DNA of 53,418 nt, counting the filler, from a bacterium (lineage in GTDB: Bacteria; UBA9089; CG2-30-40-21; SBAY01), in NCBI GenBank assembly GCA_040757115.1. It is 3 parts of 3 records of this genome, joined end to end, with 100 filler letters (N's around TTAATTAATTAA, not from the genome) between each part and the next. Parts side by side here need not be neighbours in the genome. Positions count along the whole stretch, not along the records: positions 1 to 18,023 come from JBFLYA010000069.1; 2 more parts are not named here. One strand, given 5' to 3'. Positions within the stretch are counted from its first letter, which is position 1; each line of letters starts with the position of its first letter. The notes under the pieces were generated by a model. It was not told the origin of the DNA, made no database searches, and was given only the letters and a program-made list of their open reading frames with translations. A program made the position numbers and the translations under genes. Below are positions 8,517 to 18,023 of the stretch, piece by piece.

Positions 8517-11253
8517 AATGAAGGCAGACTTGCCTAAAAGAGAGCCGGATATTTTAAAATCCTGGCAAGAATTAGATATCTATAATACCCTACGCCAGGA
8601 GAGAAAAGACAATCCCAAATATGTCTTACATGATGGTCCTCCTTATGCCAATGGTGACATCCACATGGGTCATGCCTTAAATAAAATATTAAAGGATATT
8701 ATCGTTAAGTATAAATCAATGAAAGGATTTAATGCCCCGTATGTGCCGGGCTGGGATTGCCACGGATTGCCGATTGAGTATAAAGTCGTTGCTGAAACAA
8801 AAGATAGTGATAAATTAACGAAAATGGAGATTCGCAAGATTTGTCGAGATTATGCCATTTATTTTGCTGGTGTGCAAAAAGAGGAATTTAAAAGACTGGG
8901 AATATTAGGGGACTGGGAAAGACCTTATTTGACATTAACCAATGACTATTCCGCCGCGGTCATTGAGGTGTTTAAAGAATTAGTCGAAAAAGGGTATATC
9001 TACAAAAGTAAGAAACCTGTCTATTGGTGTGCGACCTGTGGCACGGCTTTAGCTGAGGCTGAGGTGGAATATAAAGAGGTTTCCTCCCCTTCTATCTTTG
9101 TCAAATTCCCCATAAAACCAACGGCTAAATGGGAAGAATTTCAATCCAAAATTTTGCTTCGCAACATTCTTCGAATTCAAAATCCCTCCATACTCATCTG
9201 GACGACTACCCCCTGGACACTTCTGGCGAATGTTGCCATTGCTCTCAATCCACAATTTGAGTATTCACTTATTAAAGTAGAGGGTGAAAACTTAATTATG
9301 GCTCGGGAACTAATTGAATCAACATTAACCGCCGCAGGGAAAAAGGACTATGAAGAATTAGCCACATTCAGAGGAGATGAATTAGAGGGAATTGTTTGCC
9401 AACACCCATTTATTGAGCGTGATTCGCTGGTTATTTTAGGTTCTCATGTCACCAGGGAACAGGGCACAGGATGTGTTCATACTGCTCCAGGACATGGGTT
9501 AGACGATTATGAGGTCGGATTCAAATATAACCTGCCTGTTATTGCCCCGGTAGATAGTAATGGTAAATTTACGAATGAAGGAGATGAATTTGCTGGCTTA
9601 AATGTCTTTTCTGCTAATAAACATATCATTGAAAAAATACACTCACTTGGAAAACTCTTTCATCAAGAGACAATTACGCATTCTTATCCTCATTGTTGGA
9701 GATGTAAGCATAAAATTATTTTTCGTGCCACAGACCAATGGTTTATCCGATTAGAAAATGATGAATTACGACAAAAAACACTTAAGGCAATTGAGGATGT
9801 TACCTGGGTTCCTGCCTGGGGTGAAGAACGATTTTATAATACAGTGAATTTGCGGGCTGATTGGTGTATCTCAAGACAGCGGGCATGGGGTGTGCCAATT
9901 CCTGCTTTTTATTGCACAAATTGCCAGCAAACCCTTCTGGATTCAAATATAATTGAGATGATTAAAAATCAAATCCGAGAGCAAGGGATTGACATTTGGT
10001 TTGAGAAAGATGCAGATTCCTTTTTGCCTGAAGGAATAAAGTGTAAAGAATGTGGAGGTAACAAATTCAGAAAGGAAGAGGACATTATTGATGTCTGGTT
10101 TGAATCCGGGGTAAGCCATCGGGCGGTGCTTAAAAAGAGCCAAGAACTTACCTTCCCGGCTGACCTTTATTTAGAAGGCTCTGACCAACACCGTGGCTGG
10201 TTTCAATCCTCAATACTTACCTCAATGGCAACGGAAAAAATACCACCATACAAAGCCGTCTTAACTCACGGATTTATGTTGGATGAGGAAGGAAAGGCAA
10301 TGAGCAAATCTATGGGAAATGTTATCTCCCCATTGAATATTATTGACAAATATGGGGCGGATATTTTAAGGTTATGGGTAATCTCAGAAGATTATCGCGG
10401 GGATGTCCGATTAGGACAGGAAATACTTACCCGAATGGGTGAATCTTATCGAAAAATACGCAATACATTTAGATTTATGCTGGGAAACCTTTATGATTTT
10501 AATCCATCAAAAGATAAGATTGCATATCCAGACCTGATGCGGATTGATAAATGGGTATGCCATCAATTGACATTGCTAATTCAGAAGGTAACAGATGCCT
10601 ATGAGAAATTTGAATTTCATCTCATCTATCATTTGATACTTAATTTCTGCTCAAGTTTCCTGAGTGCGTTATATTTGGATATACTTAAAGATAGGCTTTA
10701 TACCCTTGCCGCAGACTCAAAAAAAAGAAGATCAGCCCAAACCGTGATGTATGAAATTACTACTTCGTTGACTAAACTGTTGGCGCCTGTTTTAAGTTTT
10801 ACCTCAGAAGAAATATGGCAAAATTTGATTATTGAAGATAAAAAAACAAGTGTGCATTTAACCCTGTTTCCAACACCAAATTTAAAATATTTAGATGAAA
10901 CTACCGCAGAACAATGGGAGGAAATTCTGGATGTCCGAGAGAAGGTCAGTAAGGCATTGGAAGAGGCAAGAGCCAGTGGCTTAATTGGCTCATCATTAGA
11001 GGCACAGGTAATTTTGACTTATCCCCCTGAAAAGGAAAATCTACTTAGAGAATACGAAGATGAATTAAGATTTGTCTTTATTGTCTCTTATGTCGAGTTG
11101 ATAAAAGGGGAGGAACTAAAAGTCGAGGTAAAAAGGGCTAAAGGGAGTAAATGCAGTCGTTGTTGGAATTACAGCGAGGCAGTTGGAAGTTTTACCCCAC
11201 ATCCAACTCTTTGTGAACGATGTATTAAAGTGGTCTCGCATGGTAACTGGTAA
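8473..11253 (+). CDS. ileS: Isoleucine--tRNA ligase
   Basis: LHDGPPYANG, HMGH (HIGH), WTTTPWT, AMSKS (KMSKS) and a C-terminal CxxC...CxxC zinc finger. Confidence 0.98.
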   Translation: MNYQDTLNLPKTEFKMKADLPKREPDILKSWQELDIYNTLRQERKDNPKYVLHDGPPYANGDIHMGHALNKILKDIIVKYKSMKGFNAPYVPGWDCHGLPIEYKVVAETKDSDKLTKMEIRKICRDYAIYFAGVQKEEFKRLGILGDWERPYLTLTNDYSAAVIEVFKELVEKGYIYKSKKPVYWCATCGTALAEAEVEYKEVSSPSIFVKFPIKPTAKWEEFQSKILLRNILRIQNPSILIWTTTPWTLLANVAIALNPQFEYSLIKVEGENLIMARELIESTLTAAGKKDYEELATFRGDELEGIVCQHPFIERDSLVILGSHVTREQGTGCVHTAPGHGLDDYEVGFKYNLPVIAPVDSNGKFTNEGDEFAGLNVFSANKHIIEKIHSLGKLFHQETITHSYPHCWRCKHKIIFRATDQWFIRLENDELRQKTLKAIEDVTWVPAWGEERFYNTVNLRADWCISRQRAWGVPIPAFYCTNCQQTLLDSNIIEMIKNQIREQGIDIWFEKDADSFLPEGIKCKECGGNKFRKEEDIIDVWFESGVSHRAVLKKSQELTFPADLYLEGSDQHRGWFQSSILTSMATEKIPPYKAVLTHGFMLDEEGKAMSKSMGNVISPLNIIDKYGADILRLWVISEDYRGDVRLGQEILTRMGESYRKIRNTFRFMLGNLYDFNPSKDKIAYPDLMRIDKWVCHQLTLLIQKVTDAYEKFEFHLIYHLILNFCSSFLSALYLDILKDRLYTLAADSKKRRSAQTVMYEITTSLTKLLAPVLSFTSEEIWQNLIIEDKKTSVHLTLFPTPNLKYLDETTAEQWEEILDVREKVSKALEEARASGLIGSSLEAQVILTYPPEKENLLREYEDELRFVFIVSYVELIKGEELKVEVKRAKGSKCSRCWNYSEAVGSFTPHPTLCERCIKVVSHGNW

Positions 11254-11337
11254 TTGGTAATTGGTGAATGGTAATTAGTTACCAATTAACCGATTACCAG
11301 TTACCAATTACCATTTACCATTTACCAGTTACCAAAA
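11241..11337. repeat. Inverted heptamer array (TGGTAAY repeats facing TTACCAN repeats)
   Basis: Directly visible tandem heptamers in opposite orientations, overlapping the ileS stop codon. Confidence 0.85.
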
Positions 11338-11358
11338 GTAAGGAGGAAGATTAGCACA

Positions 11359-11736
11359 ATGGAAAAAGAAAAATTAGAACAATACAAAACCAAATTATTC
11401 GAATTACGAGAGATTCATCAAAAAGAAAAAGAATTTGTGGAGGAGGGATATTTACGGAATTCCCAACGCGATGCCTCTGGAGATTTATCTGCTTACTCAA
11501 TTCATATGGCAGATGTTGCCGCTGATAGCTATGAACGCGATAAAGATGCCGGATTAGCCAATAATCTGAACAACATCTTATATGAAATTAATGAGGCACT
11601 TTACCGGGTAGAAAAAGGCGAATATGGAATATGTGAATCTTGCCATCGCCCAATTAATGAAGAACGTCTCCAGGCTATGCCCTATGCCCGATTGTGCATT
11701 GAGTGTAAAAAGAGGGGAGAGAAGAAAGAAGATTAA
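11359..11736 (+). CDS. TraR/DksA C4-type zinc finger protein
   Basis: HMADVA, YGICESC and RLQAMPYARLCIEC motifs. Confidence 0.9.
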   Translation: MEKEKLEQYKTKLFELREIHQKEKEFVEEGYLRNSQRDASGDLSAYSIHMADVAADSYERDKDAGLANNLNNILYEINEALYRVEKGEYGICESCHRPINEERLQAMPYARLCIECKKRGEKKED

Positions 11737-11796
11737 AAGACAGGGGTCAGAAATCTGACCTCTGTCTTCTGTAATGGAGGTAAAATATTAAAAAGA

Positions 11797-12249
11797 TTGA
11801 AAAAGAACTGTGCCACTATTCTAATTGCCACTATTGTTTTAATATTAGATAGGATAACTAAATTCATCGTTCAACAAACTATGTCTGAAGGAGAAACTAT
11901 CCCTATCTGGCAGGATATATTTTCTTTATCTTATATACAAAATGAAGGCATAGCCTTTGGCTTTCTGGCTGATTATGGACAATTGTTGGTCGTTACAACC
12001 ACGCTGATTATCGGGATAATTGTATTCTTACTATTCAGGCTTAAATCTATAAATTATTGGACAGCAGATGCCTTTGGATTGGTTTTAGGTGGTGCTATGG
12101 GGAATTTATGGGATAGGCTCTCAGTCGGCGGTGTAATTGACTTCATAGATATTGGATATAAAGATTATCGCTGGCCAGCATTTAATTTAGCCGATGCAAG
12201 TATTTGTATTGGGGTTTTTATGTTATTATTAACCAAGAAAGAGAAATAG
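11797..12249 (+). CDS. lspA: Lipoprotein signal peptidase
   Basis: D..TK, NEGIAFG, GGAMGNLWDR, VIDFID and WPAFNLAD motifs. Confidence 0.95.
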   Translation: MKKNCATILIATIVLILDRITKFIVQQTMSEGETIPIWQDIFSLSYIQNEGIAFGFLADYGQLLVVTTTLIIGIIVFLLFRLKSINYWTADAFGLVLGGAMGNLWDRLSVGGVIDFIDIGYKDYRWPAFNLADASICIGVFMLLLTKKEK

Positions 12250-12257
12250 AAATAATT

Positions 12258-12413
12258 CCACCTGTGCGATTAGACTAATTCATCGCAGAGACGCAAAGGA
12301 AAAATAAATGTAAAATGTAAAATAGGAAATGAAAAATGGGAAATTTTAGTCCTTCGCAAGACTCATTACCTTTCAGTTATACATTTTCATTTTACATTTA
12401 ACCGCACAGGTGG
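12258..12413. mobile_element. MITE (family unassigned)
   Basis: TIRs CCACCTGTGCGATTA / TAACCGCACAGGTGG with internal AAATGTA heptamers; no TSD. Confidence 0.7.
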
Positions 12414-12439
12414 AAACACTTCGTCTATCATGCCAAATT

Positions 12440-12485
12440 GGGAGTATAGAGGAACAAGTTCGTTTATAAACAAGTTAGATGAAAT
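12440..12485 (+). other. Putative attI-like integron recombination site
   Basis: ...TTATAAACAA-GTTAGATGAA. The GTTRRRY core (12474-12480) follows an AAACAA tract, as in attI1, and GTTAGATGAA is the exact reverse complement of TTCATCTAAC at 16433-16442. Confidence 0.55.
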
Positions 12486-12515
12486 TGCTGCCCTGAAATA
12501 AGGAGAAATTAAAAA

Positions 12516-12923
12516 ATGGCTAAAAGAAGAATATTTATTAGTTTTGATCATGATGATACTTCACAAGTCTTGGGTTTTATGGGGTTGCGAAATATAATTG
12601 ACAATTTTGATTTTTATAATCACAAACTTGATAGAAGAATAAATAGTCGCGATAAGGACTATGTCTGTAGAGTTATTAGAGATGAGTATATTAAGCCAGC
12701 ATCAGTAACAGTTGTTCTTATTGGTAACAATACTGCTAATAGTCCATGGGTGAAATGGGAAATCGAAGAAAGTAAACGACAGGACAAAGGTATCTTAGGA
12801 ATTTATTTAAAGGATAGCCGAGGCAATGTCCCGGTTGGTATTCCTTCAAATGCTGTTGGTAGCTGGCAACCTGATAAATTTGCAGATTGGATTGAATGGG
12901 CATATCAACAATCAAGGAAATAG
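12516..12923 (+). CDS. TIR domain protein (DUF1863 / Thoeris ThsB-like)
   Basis: RIFISFDHDD, SVTVVLIG..T..S.WV.WEI (catalytic Glu present) and KGILGI motifs. Confidence 0.9.
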   Translation: MAKRRIFISFDHDDTSQVLGFMGLRNIIDNFDFYNHKLDRRINSRDKDYVCRVIRDEYIKPASVTVVLIGNNTANSPWVKWEIEESKRQDKGILGIYLKDSRGNVPVGIPSNAVGSWQPDKFADWIEWAYQQSRK

Positions 12924-12925
12924 AG

Positions 12926-13648
12926 ATGATTGAAGAATATTCATTCCTCCTGAGTTTTATCTTAAAAATTATCAAAAAGCTCGTGGAATATACCACATTA
13001 TTTACATTTTGGGACGGCATTTTACTCACTGCTATAATAGTTGTGATAATATATTTAGTTACACAGCATAAAAAATATAGAGTTAAATCAGCAACTATAA
13101 ATATACCCTTTTCACTTGGCAATATCACCTACGAACTAACAGAAGAAGATAGAATTGTTGCGTGGAAATTATATATTCAACTAAAGACACGCAAAGCAGC
13201 TCTTATCTTTGATGAAGATTATGATGTTGTTGCGGATGTATATGATTCCCTTTATGAGATTTTCCCGATTGCAAGAGATCTTCTTATGGGTCTTCCTTTA
13301 GATGAGATTCAGAGAAAGCCTAATATAGCAGATTTGGTTCTTCGAGTTCAAAATGATGGCATCCGACCTCATCTGACAAAATGGCAATCTGATTTTCGTA
13401 GATGGTGGGCCAAGGCAATAGAATACCCCGGTAACAAAGATAGTAGACCCCAGGATATTCAAAAGAATTATCCAAAATACGAAGAACTAATCAAAGAATT
13501 AAAGGAAATGAATTTGGAACTTAACAAATACGCTGAAAAGTTACTATTCATTGCTCAAACATCCGCACAGGCAAGACGAAAAATGAAAAAGCCTATACCA
13601 ATACAACCATCTGGTGGCAAAGAGAGACGAAACAATTATGAAGAATAG
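12926..13648 (+). CDS. Uncharacterised membrane-anchored helical protein
   Basis: N-terminal TM helix followed by conserved-looking DRIVAWKLYIQLKTRK, YDSLY and GIRPHLTKWQ..FRRWW segments; starts just after the TIR stop. Confidence 0.75.
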   Translation: MIEEYSFLLSFILKIIKKLVEYTTLFTFWDGILLTAIIVVIIYLVTQHKKYRVKSATINIPFSLGNITYELTEEDRIVAWKLYIQLKTRKAALIFDEDYDVVADVYDSLYEIFPIARDLLMGLPLDEIQRKPNIADLVLRVQNDGIRPHLTKWQSDFRRWWAKAIEYPGNKDSRPQDIQKNYPKYEELIKELKEMNLELNKYAEKLLFIAQTSAQARRKMKKPIPIQPSGGKERRNNYEE

Positions 13649-13699
13649 AAAGTATGAACAAAACGAATATGCTCATCTAAGTAATAAAGGAATAGAGTA

Positions 13700-14569
13700 A
13701 TGTATAAAGCATCTGATGTTTTCAGTGATACAGATAGAATCTTTTGTGCTGAACAACCTGCAAAATATGAAACAAGAAAACTTATACCTTTTTATTACAA
13801 TTCTGAGAAGAAGATTAAACTTTTTAATGGGGATGCATTACATCTTCTCAAGAAAATACCTGATAGTTGCATTGATATGATTTTTGCTGACCCACCTTAT
13901 TTTGGAAATCAATCAGGATTGATTATTAAGCGTACTGACGGACATGCAGAAACCTTTGATACTCAAAAGGCGAAATTTGCTTACTCAAAATCGCTTCAAT
14001 ATCAGTTTGAGTTTCATTACACCTGGTTGAAAGAGGCTCAAAGAGTCTTAAAAGATGGTTCTACCATCTGGATAACAGGTACATATCATAGCATTGGAGT
14101 AGTAAATGTTGTCCTTCAGGATTTGGGGTTCAAGATTCTCAATGATATAATCATTCATAAAATAAATGCTCCCCCTAATTTTAAGGGGTCATGTTTCAGA
14201 GCAGTTACTGAAACTATGCTTTGGGCTAAAAAAAATTTTAAAGGTAAAACTAAATTTAACTACTGGACAATGAAACAATTGAATGGCGGGGTTCAGATGA
14301 AAAATCTTTGGGAATATTGGGCAGAGAAGAATCCATTTAGACACCCCGCTACTAAACAACCAATTATTTTAGAATATGCAATATTGGCAGGTTCTCACGA
14401 AGGAGATTTGATTCTTGACCCATTTGCTGGTTCAGGAACTACTGGTTTTGTGGCTCAAGGACTAAACCGAAAATGTGTTATGATAGAGATAGACCGTAAT
14501 TATTGTCAGCTTATCAAAAGCAGGATAGAGGGAAAATATGGACAATTCAAAAGAAAAACAAAAAATTAA
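13700..14569 (+). CDS. Site-specific DNA methyltransferase (N6/N4, beta class)
   Basis: IFADPPY (motif IV) precedes HPATK and LDPFAGSGTT (motif I). Confidence 0.92.
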   Translation: MYKASDVFSDTDRIFCAEQPAKYETRKLIPFYYNSEKKIKLFNGDALHLLKKIPDSCIDMIFADPPYFGNQSGLIIKRTDGHAETFDTQKAKFAYSKSLQYQFEFHYTWLKEAQRVLKDGSTIWITGTYHSIGVVNVVLQDLGFKILNDIIIHKINAPPNFKGSCFRAVTETMLWAKKNFKGKTKFNYWTMKQLNGGVQMKNLWEYWAEKNPFRHPATKQPIILEYAILAGSHEGDLILDPFAGSGTTGFVAQGLNRKCVMIEIDRNYCQLIKSRIEGKYGQFKRKTKN

Positions 14570-15344
14570 GGAAGAATTCCGTAACAAACTTCTAAAATAT
14601 GTTGATCAGTTTAATTTGGCTGTATCAACTGATAAAGGAGACTGGATTGTAAAAGGATTTATAGATATTGCAAAGAATATCTATACTATCTCTGTGGATA
14701 CCAAAGTTGTCTCAAAAATCATGGAGCTTCTTCTTTTCCCTAAAATATGTCAATTTGCTCAAGAAAATTACTATAAGATGGTTCTATGTAAAGAACAAAA
14801 CTTTTATCCGGATATGAGTTTTATTGATCTTGCTAACAATAAGTATGCATTAGATATTAAAAGCACTTATCGAAAAGATGGAAAGAGGGTAAATGGAATG
14901 ACATTGGGAGCATTCACAGGTTATTTTCGTGACCGCAAGAGTAAGAAAAATATTACTTTCCCTTATGATGAATATGTTGGTCACTTCGTTTTAGGAATAA
15001 TCTACTCCCGTGCAGATGAAAATGTGGATGAAAGAAAAATTTATCATCTTGATAATCTTCAGAATATAACTTCAGTCGTTAAGGATTTTACCTTCTTTGT
15101 ACAAGAAAAATATCTGATTGCAGAAGATAGACCAGGAAGTGGCAATACAAAAAATATAGGCTCGGTGGTCAATATTGATGAGTTGATAAATGGAAGCGGG
15201 CCTTTTGCAAAATTTGGAGAAGAGGTATTTGATGATTATTGGATGTATTATCTGACGAAGGATATGGCAAGAGCTGTAGATCTCAAAGGTTCTCCTTATA
15301 AAAATCTCAAAGAATATTTACAATATAAAAAATTAGAGGTATGA
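14538..15344 (+). CDS. EcoRV-family type II restriction endonuclease
   Basis: DTKVVSK, QNFYPD...ALDIKSTY, TLGAFTGYFR and GSGNTKNIGS, all EcoRV-like signatures. Confidence 0.88.
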   Translation: MDNSKEKQKIKEEFRNKLLKYVDQFNLAVSTDKGDWIVKGFIDIAKNIYTISVDTKVVSKIMELLLFPKICQFAQENYYKMVLCKEQNFYPDMSFIDLANNKYALDIKSTYRKDGKRVNGMTLGAFTGYFRDRKSKKNITFPYDEYVGHFVLGIIYSRADENVDERKIYHLDNLQNITSVVKDFTFFVQEKYLIAEDRPGSGNTKNIGSVVNIDELINGSGPFAKFGEEVFDDYWMYYLTKDMARAVDLKGSPYKNLKEYLQYKKLEV

Positions 15345-15347
15345 AAG

Positions 15348-16415
15348 ATGAATAGAGCCAATCCCCAACAGATGACATTGATTAAGGAAATTCCTGTTTT
15401 TCCTTCTACCCGCTATCAAGGGAGCAAACTAAAGATAGTAGATTGGATATGGGAAAATATTAAAGATTTAAAGTTCCATACCGCTCTTGATGCATTTGGA
15501 GGCACGGGGTGTGTTGCCTACCTCTTTAAACAGAAAGGGAAACAGGTTACTTACAATGATATATTGAAATTCAATTGGTTTATAGCACTTGCCTTGATTG
15601 AAAATGACTCTGTAACCCTGACCTCAAATGATATAACCTTTTTAGTTACTAATCATAAAGAGATTAAATATCCTTCTTTTGTTTATGATACATTCAAGGA
15701 CATCTATTTTACCGATGAAGAAAATCAATGGATAGATGTTGTTATTACTAATATAGATCAATTAGACAATCTATATAAAAGGGCTCTTGCTTATTATGCC
15801 CTTTTTCAGTCTTGTATAATTAAAAGACCATTTAATCTCTTTCATAGAAAGAATCTTTACTTAAGGTTTTCTGATGTTGAAAGGAACTTTGGGAATAAAA
15901 CCACATGGGATACACCTTTTTCCACACATTTTAGAAAGTTTATTGGTGAAGTCAATCAAGCAGTGTTCTCTAATGGTTTGCAGAATAAAGCAGTTAATTT
16001 AGATGTTTTTGATGTTGAAGGAAACTTTGATCTGGTTTATATTGATACGCCATATATTTCAAAAAAGGGTGTAGGGGTTGATTATTTTAGTTTCTATCAT
16101 TTTTTAGAGGGTTTGGTGAGGTATTCTGAATGGGAAAAGATGATTAATTATCGCACAAAACATAAAAAATTGAGAAGTGATAAAAATCCGTGGATTGATA
16201 AAAATCAAATTTGTTCAGCTTTTGAAAGATTAATTAAGAAGTTTGCAGATAGTATTCTGGTTATTTCATACAGGTCAGATGGTATCCCTACAATTTCCGA
16301 ATTGGTAAATCTGTTAAAGAAATACAAATCAGATGTAGAAGAATTAACGCGCAAAAATTACAAATATGTTTTGAGCAACAACGATTCGGAAGAGGTCTTA
16401 CTTATTGGAAAATAG
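15348..16415 (+). CDS. D12-class (alpha) DNA adenine methyltransferase
   Basis: RYQGSK, DAFGGTG.V, NDI and DLVYIDTPY (variant of DPPY) motifs. Confidence 0.88.
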   Translation: MNRANPQQMTLIKEIPVFPSTRYQGSKLKIVDWIWENIKDLKFHTALDAFGGTGCVAYLFKQKGKQVTYNDILKFNWFIALALIENDSVTLTSNDITFLVTNHKEIKYPSFVYDTFKDIYFTDEENQWIDVVITNIDQLDNLYKRALAYYALFQSCIIKRPFNLFHRKNLYLRFSDVERNFGNKTTWDTPFSTHFRKFIGEVNQAVFSNGLQNKAVNLDVFDVEGNFDLVYIDTPYISKKGVGVDYFSFYHFLEGLVRYSEWEKMINYRTKHKKLRSDKNPWIDKNQICSAFERLIKKFADSILVISYRSDGIPTISELVNLLKKYKSDVEELTRKNYKYVLSNNDSEEVLLIGK

Positions 16416-16435
16416 AAAAGTAGGGAAGCAACTTC

Positions 16436-16524
16436 ATCTAACACAGCATAAAAGGTTCGTGCCGTGCGGCACTCACCCAAATTTTTGCTTCGCAAAAACT
16501 TCTTTTATGCTGACACCGTTATAC
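16436..16524 (+). other. Integron attC site
   Basis: R'' ATCTAAC (RYYYAAC), paired arms CAGCATAAAAG / CTTTTATGCTG, internal hairpins, and R' GTTATAC; lies 20 nt after a stop codon. Confidence 0.75.
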
Positions 16525-16560
16525 GCAATTCTGCCGTATGGCGTTTGAAGATAGATAATT

Positions 16561-16819
16561 ATGAGAAAGAAAAATAGTAGGAGAAATAGATACATATTAA
16601 ACAGAATTACCGTTAATCCTAAAGTAATGGTTGGTAAGCCGACTATTAGAGGATTAAGAATTACTGTTGAGCAAGTTTTAAAGGCTCTTGCTAATGGAAT
16701 TCCAACTGAGGAAGTACTCAAAGAGTATCCAGAACTTGAGCCAGAAGATATTCATGCTGTTTTTGTATTATGCAACTGAATTAGTAAGCGAAGAACAAGT
16801 TTTTCCAGTTGCAGTATAA
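16561..16819 (+). pseudogene. DUF433 antitoxin, +1 frameshift in a T-run near 16760
   Basis: RITVNPKVMVGKPTIRGLRITVE...EYPELEPEDI; the native tail YYATELVSEEQVFPVAV* is in another frame. Confidence 0.8.
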
Positions 16820-16829
16820 GGTATAAAAA

Positions 16830-16946
16830 ATGAATCAAAAAGAACTAAGATTTTTAGTCGATGTTGGTGTTGGAAAGAAAGTAGAAAATTGGCTTTTAAG
16901 AAGTGGTTATAACATAAAAGATGTAAGAGATATAAATCCAGGGTAA
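16830..16946 (+). pseudogene. DUF5615 PIN-like toxin, truncated
   Basis: MNQKELRFLVDVGVGKKVENWLLRSGYNI... is cut at the MITE end at 16943; typical partner of DUF433. Confidence 0.75.
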
Positions 16947-17031
16947 CTATTCACCACGAAGAACACGAAGGACACGAAGAAAATTAGATGGTCTCTGATG
17001 CGTCTCTGTGTCTGTGCGGTGAAATAGTTAC
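16943..17031. mobile_element. IS66-type MITE (GTAACTATTCAC subfamily)
   Basis: GTAACTATTCACC / GGTGAAATAGTTAC ends; the left part matches the reverse complement of 37591-37634. Confidence 0.7.
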
Positions 17032-17052
17032 GATTAAAATGAGGATAACAAA

Positions 17053-17826
17053 ATGCATCCAGTATTTTTAAAGATAGGGCCAATTACCATTTATTCCTAT
17101 GGTGTTATGCTGGCTATGGCATTTGCCACAGGAATATATTTAGCCCAAAAAAGGGCAAAAAACATTGGATTGAATTCAAAAATAATTATTGACTTAGGTA
17201 TTTATATCCTGATAGGTTCAATTATTGGCGCAAGGCTTCTTTATGTCCTGACTAATTTAGACGAATATAAATCTCAACCATTACAAATAATCTTCTCAAG
17301 GTATGGATTTATATTTTATGGTGGATTAATAGGGGCAACGATTGTCAGTATCTGGTATTTAAAGAAACAGAAATTACCTGTCTGGGAAATAGCAGATGTC
17401 GTGGCACCGTCTATCGCCATAGGTCAGGCAATAGGTAGGATTGGGTGCTTTTTAAATGGATGTTGTTATGGGAAACCCACAACATTACCCTGGGGAGTGA
17501 TGATGCCAGGGAGTAATCCGCTGGATTTAACCCCACTTCACCCAACTCAACTCTACTCCAGTCTGGCTAATTTACTTACATTTCTTATACTTAGTTACTT
17601 GTGGCAAAAACGCAAATTTACTGGCCAGATATTTTTGAGCTATCTTATATTGTATTCTATCGCCAGATTTATGATTGAAATATATCGTGGGGATAACCCC
17701 GAAATGCTATTTCATCTTACGCTATCTCAAATAATAAGTATCTTTATTGGCTTAGTCGCAATGACCATTTATGGTCGTAAGGAAATAGGGAATAGACAAA
17801 TAAGTATTGAGAAGGAATCTATGTAA
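17053..17826 (+). CDS. lgt: Prolipoprotein diacylglyceryl transferase
   Basis: YSYG, GARL.YV, FYGGL, GQAIGRIGCFLNGCCYG, HPTQLY and RF.IE..R motifs. Confidence 0.95.
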   Translation: MHPVFLKIGPITIYSYGVMLAMAFATGIYLAQKRAKNIGLNSKIIIDLGIYILIGSIIGARLLYVLTNLDEYKSQPLQIIFSRYGFIFYGGLIGATIVSIWYLKKQKLPVWEIADVVAPSIAIGQAIGRIGCFLNGCCYGKPTTLPWGVMMPGSNPLDLTPLHPTQLYSSLANLLTFLILSYLWQKRKFTGQIFLSYLILYSIARFMIEIYRGDNPEMLFHLTLSQIISIFIGLVAMTIYGRKEIGNRQISIEKESM

Positions 17827-17937
17827 TCTCCAAAATCTACAGATAACATAGATTGCTTATCCCTACAACGACATCTATGATTGATCCACAAATCAAGTGG
17901 TCTGGTGTCTGGGTGTCTAAGTGCCTGTGAGGTGGGT

Positions 17938-18023
17938 ATGAGTGACGATAAGTATCGGCTGGATGATTTTGAGCTTTATCAACTGGCACGTAAGTTTCGA
18001 CAAAATGTTTACAAGCTCATTAA
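17938..18023 (+). CDS. Four-helix-bundle protein N-terminus (partial, at contig end)
   Basis: MSDDKYRLDDFELYQLARKFRQNVYKLI follows a GAGGTG RBS and GTCTGGT heptamers. Confidence 0.6.

Noticed and set aside
12415-12500. Short open frame NTSSIMPNWEYRGTSSFINKLDEIAALK* as the remnant of an upstream gene
   Set aside because: No recognisable motif; the segment is better explained as the attI-like site.
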